Under the pieces are notes generated by a model. That model was not told where the DNA came from, did not search any database, and was given only the letters and a program-made list of their open reading frames with translations. Below, piece after piece: positions 16,083-26,038 of a stretch of 64,000 bases of DNA (positions are counted from its first letter, which is position 1; every line of letters begins with the position of its first letter). The position numbers and the translations under genes are program-made. Where the stretch lies: positions 1 to 64,000 of IMG/VR virus record IMGVR_UViG_3300005613_000008. One strand, 5' to 3'. The DNA comes from a virus.

Positions 16083-17411
16083 ATGGCTAAAAAGAACTAC
16101 ATTCTTGATACCAGCGTCTATCTTACCGATGCAGACGCACTTTTCAAGTTTGATAACCACGATGTGTTTATTCCACTAAAGGTTCTTGAAGAAATCGATA
16201 AGCATAAGAAGCGACAAGATTCTGTTGGAATCAATGCTCGCAGGATCATTAGAACTCTTGACGAGATGAGAACAAAGGGTAACTTACAGAAGGGTGTAAG
16301 AATAGATAAGGGTAAAGGTATTTTAAAAGTACTATCTTATGAAGTTCTTAAGAATGTGGTTTTTCCTTCTGACCTCGATTTAAAAATCCCAGATCATATG
16401 ATTATCGCAACTGCTATGGCGGTGAGTGAAGAGTCAACTCGCAAAACTTGTGTTGTTTCTCGTGACATCAATATGCGTGTTATCTGTGACTCGATTGGTC
16501 TGAATGCCGAAGACTACACAACAGAAAAGGTGGTTACCTCTTCTGACGAACTATATTCTGGTTTGGTAACACATATCGTAGACGATCAGGTTATCGATCG
16601 TTTTTATGCTGGTGATGAGATCACTATTTCTGAAGACGAAGTATCAGCCATTTGGTTCCCGAATCAATATGTGCTCTTGGTTTCAAATGCCAACCAGAAA
16701 AAGTCATGCATAGCGAGGTTCTACACCCATTTCCAGCCATTGAAAAAAATAGTGAATGATAAGATTCCTGATTGGAAAATCTCTTCAAGAAACAAGGAAC
16801 AGGCGTTCGCTATTGACCTTCTTATGGATCCGTCCGTGAAGGTTGTATCACTTGTTGGTCGTGCTGGTTCTGGTAAGACACTTTGTGCTATTGCTGCTGG
16901 CTTACAGCAAACAATCGGTCTCCGTGAAAATTCTTATGATAGAATGATTGTATCTCGCCCTGTCCAGCCACTAGGTAAAGATATTGGTTTCTTGCCCGGC
17001 ACAATGGAAGAAAAGATGCTTCCTTGGCTAATGCCCATTCAAGATAACCTTCAATTCTTGGTTGGAGGTAATAAAAATACACTTCAGATGTATATGGACA
17101 AAGGAAAGATTGAAATTGAAGCCCTTACATACATTCGTGGTCGTTCTATTGCAAATGCTTTTATTATCATCGATGAGGCTCAAAACTTGACAGCACACGA
17201 AATCAAGACTATTATGACTCGTGTAGGCGAAGGAACAAAGATTGTGCTTACTGGTGATGTTGAACAAATTGATAATGTCTATGTAAATGAGACTTCAAAT
17301 GGTCTTGCACATGCTGTTGAAAAGTTCAAAGAATTCCCAATCGCTGGTCATGTTACATTTACTAGAGGCGAGCGCTCAGAAGTAGCCACATTGGCTTCAA
17401 AGGTGTTGTGA
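16083..17411 (+). CDS. phoH: PIN-domain PhoH-family ATPase
   Basis: N-terminal PIN ILDTSVYL...EEIDK...SRDINMR; Walker A GRAGSGKT; IRGRS, IIDEAQN and LTGDVEQID motifs. Confidence 0.95.
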   Translation: MAKKNYILDTSVYLTDADALFKFDNHDVFIPLKVLEEIDKHKKRQDSVGINARRIIRTLDEMRTKGNLQKGVRIDKGKGILKVLSYEVLKNVVFPSDLDLKIPDHMIIATAMAVSEESTRKTCVVSRDINMRVICDSIGLNAEDYTTEKVVTSSDELYSGLVTHIVDDQVIDRFYAGDEITISEDEVSAIWFPNQYVLLVSNANQKKSCIARFYTHFQPLKKIVNDKIPDWKISSRNKEQAFAIDLLMDPSVKVVSLVGRAGSGKTLCAIAAGLQQTIGLRENSYDRMIVSRPVQPLGKDIGFLPGTMEEKMLPWLMPIQDNLQFLVGGNKNTLQMYMDKGKIEIEALTYIRGRSIANAFIIIDEAQNLTAHEIKTIMTRVGEGTKIVLTGDVEQIDNVYVNETSNGLAHAVEKFKEFPIAGHVTFTRGERSEVATLASKVL

Positions 17412-17857
17412 TGTTTCTCCATTTCATTTTTGGTCTGCTTTTAGCAAACTTAATGGAATGGGCTATTCATAAATACTTTTTACATAATCTCGGAAAGAAG
17501 AAAGCATCCTTATTTTGGTTTCATTGGGGTGCTCATCATCGCGAGGCTAGAAAAAATAACTTTATAGACTCCAAAGTTTCTCCAAGAGAAATTGTTGGGG
17601 TCTTTTTATTATGTCTTTTAACCTCTCCAATAATTTTCATTTCTCCAATTTTCTATACAGGCATGTTTATGTATGCTATGGTTTATTTATTGGTTCACAA
17701 CTATGCACATAGAAATCCTGACTGGTGTTACAAATATATGCGATGGCATTATGATCACCACATGGGCAAAGACCAAGATAAAAACTGGTGCATAGTTGTT
17801 CCATTTTCAGATTTTTTATTAGGAACACGGAGAAAATATGACTACAAAGACAGATGA
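17408..17857 (+). CDS. fatty-acid hydroxylase/sterol-desaturase family membrane protein
   Basis: His boxes EWAIHKYFLH, HHRE, HNYAH, HYDHH with TM segments. Confidence 0.85.
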   Translation: MMFLHFIFGLLLANLMEWAIHKYFLHNLGKKKASLFWFHWGAHHREARKNNFIDSKVSPREIVGVFLLCLLTSPIIFISPIFYTGMFMYAMVYLLVHNYAHRNPDWCYKYMRWHYDHHMGKDQDKNWCIVVPFSDFLLGTRRKYDYKDR

Positions 17858-18107
17858 GTTGGCAAAAATTGTGGTTTCTGCCGAGAATCCACTCAAACAA
17901 ATGTTGCTTGAATATGTAGGAAATAAATTTGTGACAGAAGAAGACGAAGGCGAGTTTGAAGTCACGGTTCAAATGATTGTAGATACTCTTGCGCACGAAT
18001 TTCCAGAGTTTGTGATGATTATGGCTGAGGAAAACTGGGTAAGAGGTTACCAACAGGGGCTAGACGATGCTACGAGATTACATCCAGCAACGACAGAAAG
18101 TAATTGA
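17838..18107 (+). CDS. hypothetical protein
   Basis: 89-aa ORF with SD GGAG, coupled to neighbours. Confidence 0.75.
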   Translation: MTTKTDELAKIVVSAENPLKQMLLEYVGNKFVTEEDEGEFEVTVQMIVDTLAHEFPEFVMIMAEENWVRGYQQGLDDATRLHPATTESN

Positions 18108-18750
18108 AGAAATGGGAAACTTTTATACACCTTCTGGGATTCAAGTTTATTCTAAGGATCTAATGATAGGGGGAGAAGTAGATATGGACAAGGTTGTCTC
18201 TAAATTTGAATCCTTGATCCCTGCTCACGTTAGGGATGAAGTAGAAATGATTATTGTTGGGCATTTTGAAGAGTTTGAAGATAGACAAATCAATGCTTTC
18301 TATAAAGACGGAACTCTTCATATTTCAAATGTGCAAAACAATAGCGAAGATCTTCTGGATGATTTAGTTCATGAAACTGCTCATTCACTTGAAGAATCAC
18401 AAGGTCACTTTATCTATGGAGACCAAAAGCTAGAAAAAGAATTTCTTAGAAAAAGAGAATTTTTATACAATATATTATGGAAAATGGGTTTTAAAGCGCC
18501 ACATGAAATGTTTCTTGATACAGAGTATGATCAAGAATTTGACGAATTTTTACTTCAAGATATTGGCTATGATAAATTGGCAGAAGTATTGAGAGGAATT
18601 TTTGTAACACCATATGCAGCAACCTCGCTTAGAGAATATTTTGCAACTGGATTTACAGAGTTTTATCTTTACCCAGATAGTCATGGTTATTTACAAAAGG
18701 TATCGCCAGAACTTTATAAAAAATTAGTTCAACTCCACCGCGCAGATTAG
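18067..18750 (+). CDS. HExxH metallopeptidase-like protein (ATLF/PPEP-like)
   Basis: LVHETAHS plus distal REYFATGF. Confidence 0.7.
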   Translation: MLRDYIQQRQKVIEEMGNFYTPSGIQVYSKDLMIGGEVDMDKVVSKFESLIPAHVRDEVEMIIVGHFEEFEDRQINAFYKDGTLHISNVQNNSEDLLDDLVHETAHSLEESQGHFIYGDQKLEKEFLRKREFLYNILWKMGFKAPHEMFLDTEYDQEFDEFLLQDIGYDKLAEVLRGIFVTPYAATSLREYFATGFTEFYLYPDSHGYLQKVSPELYKKLVQLHRAD

Positions 18751-18752
18751 AC

Positions 18753-18781
18753 TTGACACCACCCACAATCCGTGTTATGTT
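18753..18781 (+). promoter_or_regulatory. sigma70-type promoter
   Basis: TTGACA (18753-58), 17 nt, TGn-TATGTT (18776-81); SD AAGGAG before ATG 18802. Confidence 0.7.
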
Positions 18782-18801
18782 ATAGGCATAAGGAGATTAC
18801 T

Positions 18802-19560
18802 ATGCCTCACATTTCATTTTCGGCATTGAAGGACTGGAACTTTTGCGCTTGGTATCACAAGCTAACTCGTATCGATGGAATCGGAGGCTTTGAGGGTAAT
18901 GCCTACACTGCCTTCGGCAATGCCATCCATGAGGTATGCGAGAAGAAACTATTGAAGGAAGAGGTAAACGAAGACGATATGTTTATCCGACGCTTTGAAT
19001 ACTTTCTTGGTAAGCTTGAAGAAGAGCAGGACCAGAAATTGGTTGAGGAAATGCGCGAGCAGGGTAAAGCAATACTGCCTGAGATTGAAGATGCGCTTAG
19101 AGACTACTTTGGAGAATATGAAGTTCTAGGTTCTGAGATTCCTCTTGAAGAGAAAATTGAAGACGAAGAAGAATATATCTTTAAAGGGTTTATTGATGGA
19201 GCCATCGCAACACCTGATGGTAAGGTTCATATCTTTGATTGGAAAACTTGTTCTTGGGGCTGGGACGCCCAGCGTCGTAATGCTCCCATGACAACATACC
19301 AGCTAACTCTTTATAAGCATTTTTTTGCTCGCAAGATGGAGATTGATCCAAAGAATATTGAGACACACTTCGCTCTTCTTAAGAGAACCTCTAAGAAAGA
19401 TAGGGTTGAATTCTTCAGAGTTACTTCTGGACCGCGAAAGACTGAAAATGCTCTAAAATTGTTGAAAAAAGCACTACACAATATCAAGAACCAAAGATAC
19501 ATTAAAAACAGACTTTCTTGTAGAACTTGCGTCTTTAACAAGACGGAACATTGCAGATAA
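18802..19560 (+). CDS. PD-(D/E)XK nuclease, Cas4/AddB-like with probable Fe-S cysteines
   Basis: SFSALKDWNFC, GFIDG...DWKT, YQLTLY, C-terminal CRTC...HC; start MPHISF with SD. Confidence 0.88.
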   Translation: MPHISFSALKDWNFCAWYHKLTRIDGIGGFEGNAYTAFGNAIHEVCEKKLLKEEVNEDDMFIRRFEYFLGKLEEEQDQKLVEEMREQGKAILPEIEDALRDYFGEYEVLGSEIPLEEKIEDEEEYIFKGFIDGAIATPDGKVHIFDWKTCSWGWDAQRRNAPMTTYQLTLYKHFFARKMEIDPKNIETHFALLKRTSKKDRVEFFRVTSGPRKTENALKLLKKALHNIKNQRYIKNRLSCRTCVFNKTEHCR

Positions 19561-19571
19561 CAGGATGAAAA

Positions 19572-20561
19572 ATGTTAGCAGAATATATCTGGGTTGATGG
19601 TTCTTCGCCATACCGCCTGCTAAGAAGCAAAACTAAAGTTTTTGAAGAGAAGCCTGAAGAGTTTCCATTATGGAACTTTGATGGCTCTTCTACAAATCAG
19701 GCTGATGGAGACAATTCAGATTGTGTTCTTCGCCCTATTTTTGTTTGTGATGACCCACTGCGCTATGATTCAGTTTTGGTTCTTTGTGATGTTTTGACTC
19801 CCGACCTAGAACCACACCATTCCAACACCAGAGTCTTCGCTCAACAGGTAGAAAGTGAATATAGCGAACAAAAAGCTCTATTTGGATTAGAACAGGAATA
19901 TACCATTTTCAAAGATGGTCGCCCTCTAGGTTTCCCTTGGGGTGGATATCCAGAACCGCAGGGGAAATACTACTGCTCCGCAGGGGGCGGGCGTGTGTTT
20001 GGTAGAAAGATCATAGAAGAGCATCTTGAGCTTTGTCTCAAAGCAGGATTGAAAATTAGTGGCGTCAATGCAGAGGTTATGCCCGGTCAATGGGAATTTC
20101 AGATTGGACCTCTCGGAACAGTTGCGACTGGTGACCACCTAACTGTGGCTCGTTATCTCTTAGAACGCATTAGTGAAAACCATGGTGTTGAAATTAGTTA
20201 TGCCGCCAAGCCTATGCCTGGAGACTGGAATGGTGCTGGGTGTCACGCTAACTTCTCAACATTAGCAATGAGACAGTCTATTGAGGCTTGCGAGGATGCC
20301 TGCCGTGCTCTTGGTGAGAACACAGAAGAGCACATTCGCAATTACGGTCACGACATCGAATCAAGACTAACAGGTGCTCACGAAACTTGCTCTTACAAGG
20401 AATTCCGCTGGGGAGTGTCTGATAGAACTGCTTCTATCCGTATTCCTTGGGGAGTGGCGAAGGCAGGCAAAGGTTACATTGAAGACCGACGACCCAATGC
20501 TGATTGTGATCCTTACCTAGTTTGCGGTCTTATCTTAAGAACAGTTATGGAGTATAGATGA
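19572..20561 (+). CDS. glnII: glutamine synthetase type II
   Basis: AEYIWVDG, WNFDGSST, EQEY, NAEVMPGQWEFQIGP, DWNGAGCH and EDRRP motifs; 329 aa fits GSII. Confidence 0.95.
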   Translation: MLAEYIWVDGSSPYRLLRSKTKVFEEKPEEFPLWNFDGSSTNQADGDNSDCVLRPIFVCDDPLRYDSVLVLCDVLTPDLEPHHSNTRVFAQQVESEYSEQKALFGLEQEYTIFKDGRPLGFPWGGYPEPQGKYYCSAGGGRVFGRKIIEEHLELCLKAGLKISGVNAEVMPGQWEFQIGPLGTVATGDHLTVARYLLERISENHGVEISYAAKPMPGDWNGAGCHANFSTLAMRQSIEACEDACRALGENTEEHIRNYGHDIESRLTGAHETCSYKEFRWGVSDRTASIRIPWGVAKAGKGYIEDRRPNADCDPYLVCGLILRTVMEYR

Positions 20562-21838
20562 CTAAAAAGAAAATTCTGGTCTTATCTGACCATCCCCTAT
20601 CACCTTCTGGTGTAGGAACACAAACAAAGTATATGATAGAAGCACTGCTGAAGACCGGACGCTACCAGTTCGTTTGTCTCGGCGGCGCTGTCAAACATAA
20701 AGATTACACACCACAACGGGTTGAGCCTTGGGGTGATGATTGGCGTGTTTTTCCAGTAGATGGTTATGGAAATCACGAGATTATCCGTTCCATTCTTCAG
20801 AAAGAACGACCAGATGTCCTGTGGTTTATGACCGATCCTCGCTTCTATGGCTGGCTTTGGGAGATAGAAAATGAAGTCCGTGCGAACATTCCTATGGTCT
20901 ATTACCATGTTTGGGATAACTTCCCCGCACCACAATTTAATGCTGATTTCTACAACTCCACAGACGTTATTGCTTGTATTTCAAAAGTTACACATGAAAT
21001 CGTTCAAGAAGTTGCGCCCGACGTTCAGTCCTGCTATCTTCCACACGCGGTAAACGAGGAGTTCTTCCACCCTGCTAGAACTGAGCAGGAAGAACATGCA
21101 GTAAGAGTAATGAGACAGCGCGTAATAGATTCCTCAAGAACTAGAAATCCAAATAAAAAGATTTTCTTCTGGAACAACCGTAATGCCCGCAGAAAGCAGA
21201 GTGGCACTCTTATTTGGTGGTTCAAGGAATGGCTTGATAAAGTTGGGCACGATAAAGCTTCGTTACTCATGCACACAGATCCGCGAGATCCACATGGACA
21301 GGATCTTCCACACCTTATCAGCCATCTAGGTCTAAATAATGGTCAGGTACTTCTATCAACAAACAAGATACCATCAGAAGAGCTAGCAAACCTTTACAGA
21401 ATGGCTGATTACACAATCAATATCTCTGATGCTGAGGGTTTTGGTCTTGCCACTCTTGAGTCGCTTTCTTGCGGAACTCCAATCATCGTAAATATGACTG
21501 GTGGTCTCCAAGAGCAGGTAACTGACGGTAAGAACTGGTTTGGTTTTGGTATTGAGCCTTCCTCTAAAACAGTTATTGGTTCTCTTCAAGTTCCTTATAT
21601 TTACGAAGATCGTATCTCACAAGGGGATTTCGAGAAAACCATGACTAAAGCACTCAAAAATCCTACAAAGAAATATCGCCAAATGGCTTCACAAGGCAGG
21701 AAGCATGTGTTAAAATCATACAACTTTGAGACTTTTGAGAAGTCTTGGGTTGAACTTATGGATCAAGTCACTACTGAAATGGGTTCTTGGGATACAAGAA
21801 CTGGTTATGATAGATGGCGTCTAATGGAGGTTGCGTGA
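20558..21838 (+). CDS. GT-B glycosyltransferase (GT4-like)
   Basis: SPSGVGTQ, NRNARRK and EGFGLATLESLSCGTPII motifs. Confidence 0.92.
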   Translation: MTKKKILVLSDHPLSPSGVGTQTKYMIEALLKTGRYQFVCLGGAVKHKDYTPQRVEPWGDDWRVFPVDGYGNHEIIRSILQKERPDVLWFMTDPRFYGWLWEIENEVRANIPMVYYHVWDNFPAPQFNADFYNSTDVIACISKVTHEIVQEVAPDVQSCYLPHAVNEEFFHPARTEQEEHAVRVMRQRVIDSSRTRNPNKKIFFWNNRNARRKQSGTLIWWFKEWLDKVGHDKASLLMHTDPRDPHGQDLPHLISHLGLNNGQVLLSTNKIPSEELANLYRMADYTINISDAEGFGLATLESLSCGTPIIVNMTGGLQEQVTDGKNWFGFGIEPSSKTVIGSLQVPYIYEDRISQGDFEKTMTKALKNPTKKYRQMASQGRKHVLKSYNFETFEKSWVELMDQVTTEMGSWDTRTGYDRWRLMEVA

Positions 21839-23070
21839 AAAAGAAAGTTTTACTCAAGGGTCCGCTCCTAACCCGTTCTGGTTATGGCGAGCAGGCTCGT
21901 TTTGCTCTTCGGTCTTTGCGTTCTCGCGAAGACCTATTTGAAGTGTTTATTCAGCCACTACAGTGGGGAAAGACTTCTTGGGCTTCTGATATGGATGAAG
22001 AACGTGTCTGGATTGATCAAACTATCGAAAAGACGATTGCCTTTATTCAACAGGGTGGTCAGTTTGACCTTTCTCTACAAGTAACCATTCCAAACGAGTT
22101 TCAACGACTTGCGCCAATCAATATTGGCTACACTGCTGGTATTGAGACAACAAAGGTTGCTCACCAGTGGATTCAGAAAGCAAATGAGATGGATAAGATC
22201 ATCGTTGTGTCTTCTCACTCCAAGCAAGTGTTCGAGAACACAGAGTATCAGGCAACTAACCAGCAAACAGGCGAAAATGTAACCCTAAGAACACAGACTC
22301 CTGTTGAAGCTGTTGGTTATCCTGTAAAGACCTTTGAGAGCCTTCCAAAGCTTGATCTAGAACTCTCAACCTCATTCAACTTCCTCACAGTTGCCCAGTT
22401 TGGTCCGAGAAAGAACCTTCTAAACACCATCAAGTGGTTTATTGAAGAGTTCCGAAATGAAGATGTCGGTCTTGTTGTAAAGTCCAACATTGCAAAGAAC
22501 TGCCTTATGGATCGTAATCGCCTATATGGTGATTTAACCAAGTTTATTAGAGAACAGGGAGAGAGACAGTGCAAGGTATTCCTCCTACACGGCGATATGA
22601 CTGACGCCGAAATGCACTCCTTGTATCAGCATCCACAAATCCATGCATTTGTCTCTCTCCCCCACGGTGAAGGCTTTGGTCTTCCTCTATTTGAAGCTGC
22701 ATACTCAGGTCTACCAGTAGTCGCTACAGGCTGGTCTGGGCAGCTTGATTTTCTTACAGATGCCAATGGTCGAGAACATTTTTACAATGTAGCCTTCGAC
22801 CTACAACCCGTCCAGAAAGAGGTTGTTTGGGATGGGGTAATCGTCCCTGACTCTATGTGGGCTTATGCCCGCGAGACTTCCGCAAAGGAACAGATGCGTG
22901 CTTGCTTTGAACAGACAACAGGCAATGCAGACACGAATTTGCGACTAAATGATTATGCCCAACAACTATGGGAACGCTTCTCGCCAGACGAAATGTATGA
23001 TAGGTTTGTTGGTGAGATAGAATCTGTTTTTCCAGAAAACACCTTGATTGATTTGGAGTCAATGCTTTGA
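21835..23070 (+). CDS. GT-B glycosyltransferase (GT4-like)
   Basis: GTG start in a GTGA overlap, SD GGAGG; RSGYG, RKN and EGFGLPLFEAAYSGLPVV motifs. Confidence 0.92.
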   Translation: MKKKVLLKGPLLTRSGYGEQARFALRSLRSREDLFEVFIQPLQWGKTSWASDMDEERVWIDQTIEKTIAFIQQGGQFDLSLQVTIPNEFQRLAPINIGYTAGIETTKVAHQWIQKANEMDKIIVVSSHSKQVFENTEYQATNQQTGENVTLRTQTPVEAVGYPVKTFESLPKLDLELSTSFNFLTVAQFGPRKNLLNTIKWFIEEFRNEDVGLVVKSNIAKNCLMDRNRLYGDLTKFIREQGERQCKVFLLHGDMTDAEMHSLYQHPQIHAFVSLPHGEGFGLPLFEAAYSGLPVVATGWSGQLDFLTDANGREHFYNVAFDLQPVQKEVVWDGVIVPDSMWAYARETSAKEQMRACFEQTTGNADTNLRLNDYAQQLWERFSPDEMYDRFVGEIESVFPENTLIDLESML

Positions 23071-24140
23071 GGCTCGGCTTTGTAAGCGACTTTTACGCCC
23101 CTTCAATCGGCGGCACGCAGATTCTAGCACAAAGTTTGTGTGAGGGTTTTGCCGATCTTGGTCATGAGGTAGAGGCTATCACCACCCCTGATTCAAGTCG
23201 AGAACACAATAAATACTCTTACAAGATTCACGAAGTAAGTGGAATCAATTTCACAAACTCAGACTTCTTCCTTGTTCAGAACTATGATGCTGTTTTCGTT
23301 CTTGCTGATTTATTTTCTCCAACTTTGAAGACAATCAATCCTGGCGACACTCGTAAGAGCATACTTATCTTAAATCTGGACGAGAATGTTTATCGCTGGA
23401 TTCATGAGGGTAGAATCCCCAATGTCCAGCAGATTGTAGAAAAGATAAAACTTTACACTCATGTCGTTTCCTTTTGTAAGGGAGCACCTGTAAACAAGTT
23501 TCTTGAAGAGAATGGGATAGAATACTTATTTATTCCAAACTTTACTAGAGACACACAAGAGACTCCTAAGCCACCGATTCACATTCGTAATGCCCTCAAG
23601 TTAGGAAACAAGAAGATTATCTTCAATCACGGTTTGATCGAAGATAGAAAGAATCAGTTATCTTTGATTCAGAGCTTTGCTGCTTCTGGACTTAGAGAAG
23701 ACCACACTCTTGTTCTTCTCGGCTCTCCACGAAGTGCTTCTGATAATGCTTATCTCTCACAGATTAACTCTATGATTGAAGAACAGGGGCTCTCCGAGTG
23801 CGTCAAGATGGTGAAAGGAACCAATAACAGAGGTCTCATAGATCTTCTGCTTTGTTCTGCGGACATTTATGTTCTCCCATCAAAGGCAGAGGGCTTGCCG
23901 CTTGTTTTGCTTGAGGCTATGTCTGCTGGGTTGCCTTGGATTTCTACCCCTGTTGGTGGTGTGCCTGAAGTTTTTGGACCGCTCCAAGGCGGTGTGGTGC
24001 TCCCACAAATAGCATTCACAGCGGAAGAACTAGAATCCGCAGTCCGCTCTGTTGAACGAGGACATTCACGTCGCGAATGGTCCGAGAACTTTACAAAAGA
24101 AAAAGCACTTGAACGCTATGGGGCATTATTAAATGACTAA
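23067..24140 (+). CDS. GT-B glycosyltransferase (GT4-like)
   Basis: PSIGGTQ, DRKNQ and PSKAEGLPLVLLEAMSAGLPWISTPVGG motifs. Confidence 0.92.
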   Translation: MRLGFVSDFYAPSIGGTQILAQSLCEGFADLGHEVEAITTPDSSREHNKYSYKIHEVSGINFTNSDFFLVQNYDAVFVLADLFSPTLKTINPGDTRKSILILNLDENVYRWIHEGRIPNVQQIVEKIKLYTHVVSFCKGAPVNKFLEENGIEYLFIPNFTRDTQETPKPPIHIRNALKLGNKKIIFNHGLIEDRKNQLSLIQSFAASGLREDHTLVLLGSPRSASDNAYLSQINSMIEEQGLSECVKMVKGTNNRGLIDLLLCSADIYVLPSKAEGLPLVLLEAMSAGLPWISTPVGGVPEVFGPLQGGVVLPQIAFTAEELESAVRSVERGHSRREWSENFTKEKALERYGALLND

Positions 24141-24744
24141 AGCATTTGTTTGTCTATTGAGTTGTGAGAAATATTCTTACAAGAGAGAACAGCAGAACAT
24201 TCATGATTTGGGGATCGATTATCGATACTTTATAGGCGACCCTTCTCTAAGTAATGCGAGAGAGGCTGGTTCCATAGTTTATCTACCATGCCCAGACTCA
24301 TACGAATACCTTACTCATAAGACTTTGCAAGCATTTCGCTGGATGGAAGATAATATAGAAGCAGAGTTTTATTTTAAGACTGATGATGACACCATGTTCG
24401 ACAAGGAGCAGTTCTTACTTTTATTGCAAGAAGTAGAAAATAACAAAATTCAATACGGAGGAGAATTACATCCCGGTGGTGTAATGTCTGTTCATCACTT
24501 TGGTAAGTGTGAAGATGAAAGGATAAACAAACAGAGATTTTATGTTCCAAACATAGTCTATGTAAAGGGTGGCGGCTATGTCTTATCCAGAGATTCTATT
24601 TCTTTGATAAACAAAACAAAAAATAAAAAAGACTACTTTTGTATCTATGAAGATGCTACAATAGGAAACATACTTAATCAACACGGAATAACTCCGAAGC
24701 CATTACAAATACGAAAGGCTTTTAATTGGGATGTGATAAAATGA
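24133..24744 (+). CDS. GT31/fringe-like galactosyltransferase
   Basis: DSYEYLTHKT, FYFKTDDD (DxD), GGGYVLS and YEDATIG motifs. Confidence 0.82.
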   Translation: MTKAFVCLLSCEKYSYKREQQNIHDLGIDYRYFIGDPSLSNAREAGSIVYLPCPDSYEYLTHKTLQAFRWMEDNIEAEFYFKTDDDTMFDKEQFLLLLQEVENNKIQYGGELHPGGVMSVHHFGKCEDERINKQRFYVPNIVYVKGGGYVLSRDSISLINKTKNKKDYFCIYEDATIGNILNQHGITPKPLQIRKAFNWDVIK

Positions 24745-25457
24745 ATGATAGAAATGTTTTTGTTTATTGGGAAGGAGATATTCCTCCATTGATTTCTATC
24801 TTAAGGGATCTAATTTATAAATTTTCTAATAATGAAAAAAACTATAAAGTTATTTTTTTAAATGATAAAAATATTAAACAGTTTATTGATTTAGAGCCAA
24901 ATTATTGGAAACTTGCAGTTAATCATAAATCTGATTTTATTAGAGCAAAAGTTGTTTTTAAGTATGGAGGAATTTGGCTAGACAGCGACACTTTAGTCAT
25001 GAGTGATCTTGGGCAGTTATTTGAGATCTTAGAAAGCAAAGAAGGTTTTTTGATAAAAGAAAATAACAAAATTATTTGTACTGGTGTTTTTGGAGCAAGA
25101 AGGGGCAGTAATTTTCTAAAAGAGTGGATAGACAGAACAGAGGTAGCAATTAAAAAAGACAACTTATCGTGGTCTGAAATTGGGCCATTCATGGTTGATT
25201 CTATTTTTAGAAATACTGAGCTTTGTAAAAACTTTACTATTTTTAATGGTTTAGATACGATGTATCCAGTAAATTGGGATCAATGTCCGAAAGAGTATTT
25301 ATTGAATAATGATATCAATAAAATAAAAAAAGAGTTTCAGCCACTAGTAGTTTTGGTGAATTCTGTCTATAAACAAACTTCTAAAATGTCAAAAAAAGAA
25401 ATTATTCATATGAATAATAATTTAGGTTTTTTACTGAGAGAAGCAATTCAAAGATGA
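24741..25457 (+). CDS. GT32/capsular-polysaccharide-synthesis-type DxD glycosyltransferase
   Basis: HKSDFIR, KYGGIWLDSD and WSEIGP motifs; ATGA overlap. Confidence 0.85.
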   Translation: MNDRNVFVYWEGDIPPLISILRDLIYKFSNNEKNYKVIFLNDKNIKQFIDLEPNYWKLAVNHKSDFIRAKVVFKYGGIWLDSDTLVMSDLGQLFEILESKEGFLIKENNKIICTGVFGARRGSNFLKEWIDRTEVAIKKDNLSWSEIGPFMVDSIFRNTELCKNFTIFNGLDTMYPVNWDQCPKEYLLNNDINKIKKEFQPLVVLVNSVYKQTSKMSKKEIIHMNNNLGFLLREAIQR

Positions 25458-26038
25458 ACAACTATTTTACACAAAAAATAAAAGTTTCTACAATTTTCAA
25501 TAGGATAAACAGATTTGAATATTTTAAACAAATTTGTAGAGATAAAAAAGTTCTTCATGTCGGTTTTGTTGATTATCCGATAACAAATAAAAATCAAAAT
25601 ATGCATCTAATGATTGACAGTGTTGTTGAAGAATTGGTAGGAGTTGATCCAAATTTTGAAAATTTTGCAGAATTTGAGAAACTTCTCATCAACAAAAGAA
25701 TGCATAAGACACTCATAGAAGTGCAAAATGAATATTTTGATATTGTAATAGTGCCTGAAGTAATAGAGCATGTTGGAAATATGCAAGAATTTATTGAAAA
25801 TTTATCAAAATTAAATTTTAATAAGATGTATATTACTGCTCCAGATGCATTTCTTTTAAGTAGAAATGTTTCGTATGATAAATTAAATTCAATAGTAACT
25901 GAAATAGTACACCCAGATCACAATTGCTGGTTTTCTCCGTACACACTAAAAAATATTGTTCTTAAATACTCAGATTTAAAATTAGATGAAATGTTTTATG
26001 TGGGTGGCAATTCTATAGTTGGAGTCTTTGAGAAATGA
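25454..26038 (+). CDS. class I SAM-dependent methyltransferase
   Basis: KVLHVG, VGVD, FDIVIVPEVIEHV and ITAP motifs. Confidence 0.78.
   Translation: MNNYFTQKIKVSTIFNRINRFEYFKQICRDKKVLHVGFVDYPITNKNQNMHLMIDSVVEELVGVDPNFENFAEFEKLLINKRMHKTLIEVQNEYFDIVIVPEVIEHVGNMQEFIENLSKLNFNKMYITAPDAFLLSRNVSYDKLNSIVTEIVHPDHNCWFSPYTLKNIVLKYSDLKLDEMFYVGGNSIVGVFEK

Noticed and set aside
18802-19560. CRISPR-Cas system implied by the Cas4-like gene
   Set aside because: No repeat-spacer array and no cas1/cas2 or effector genes seen in the window.
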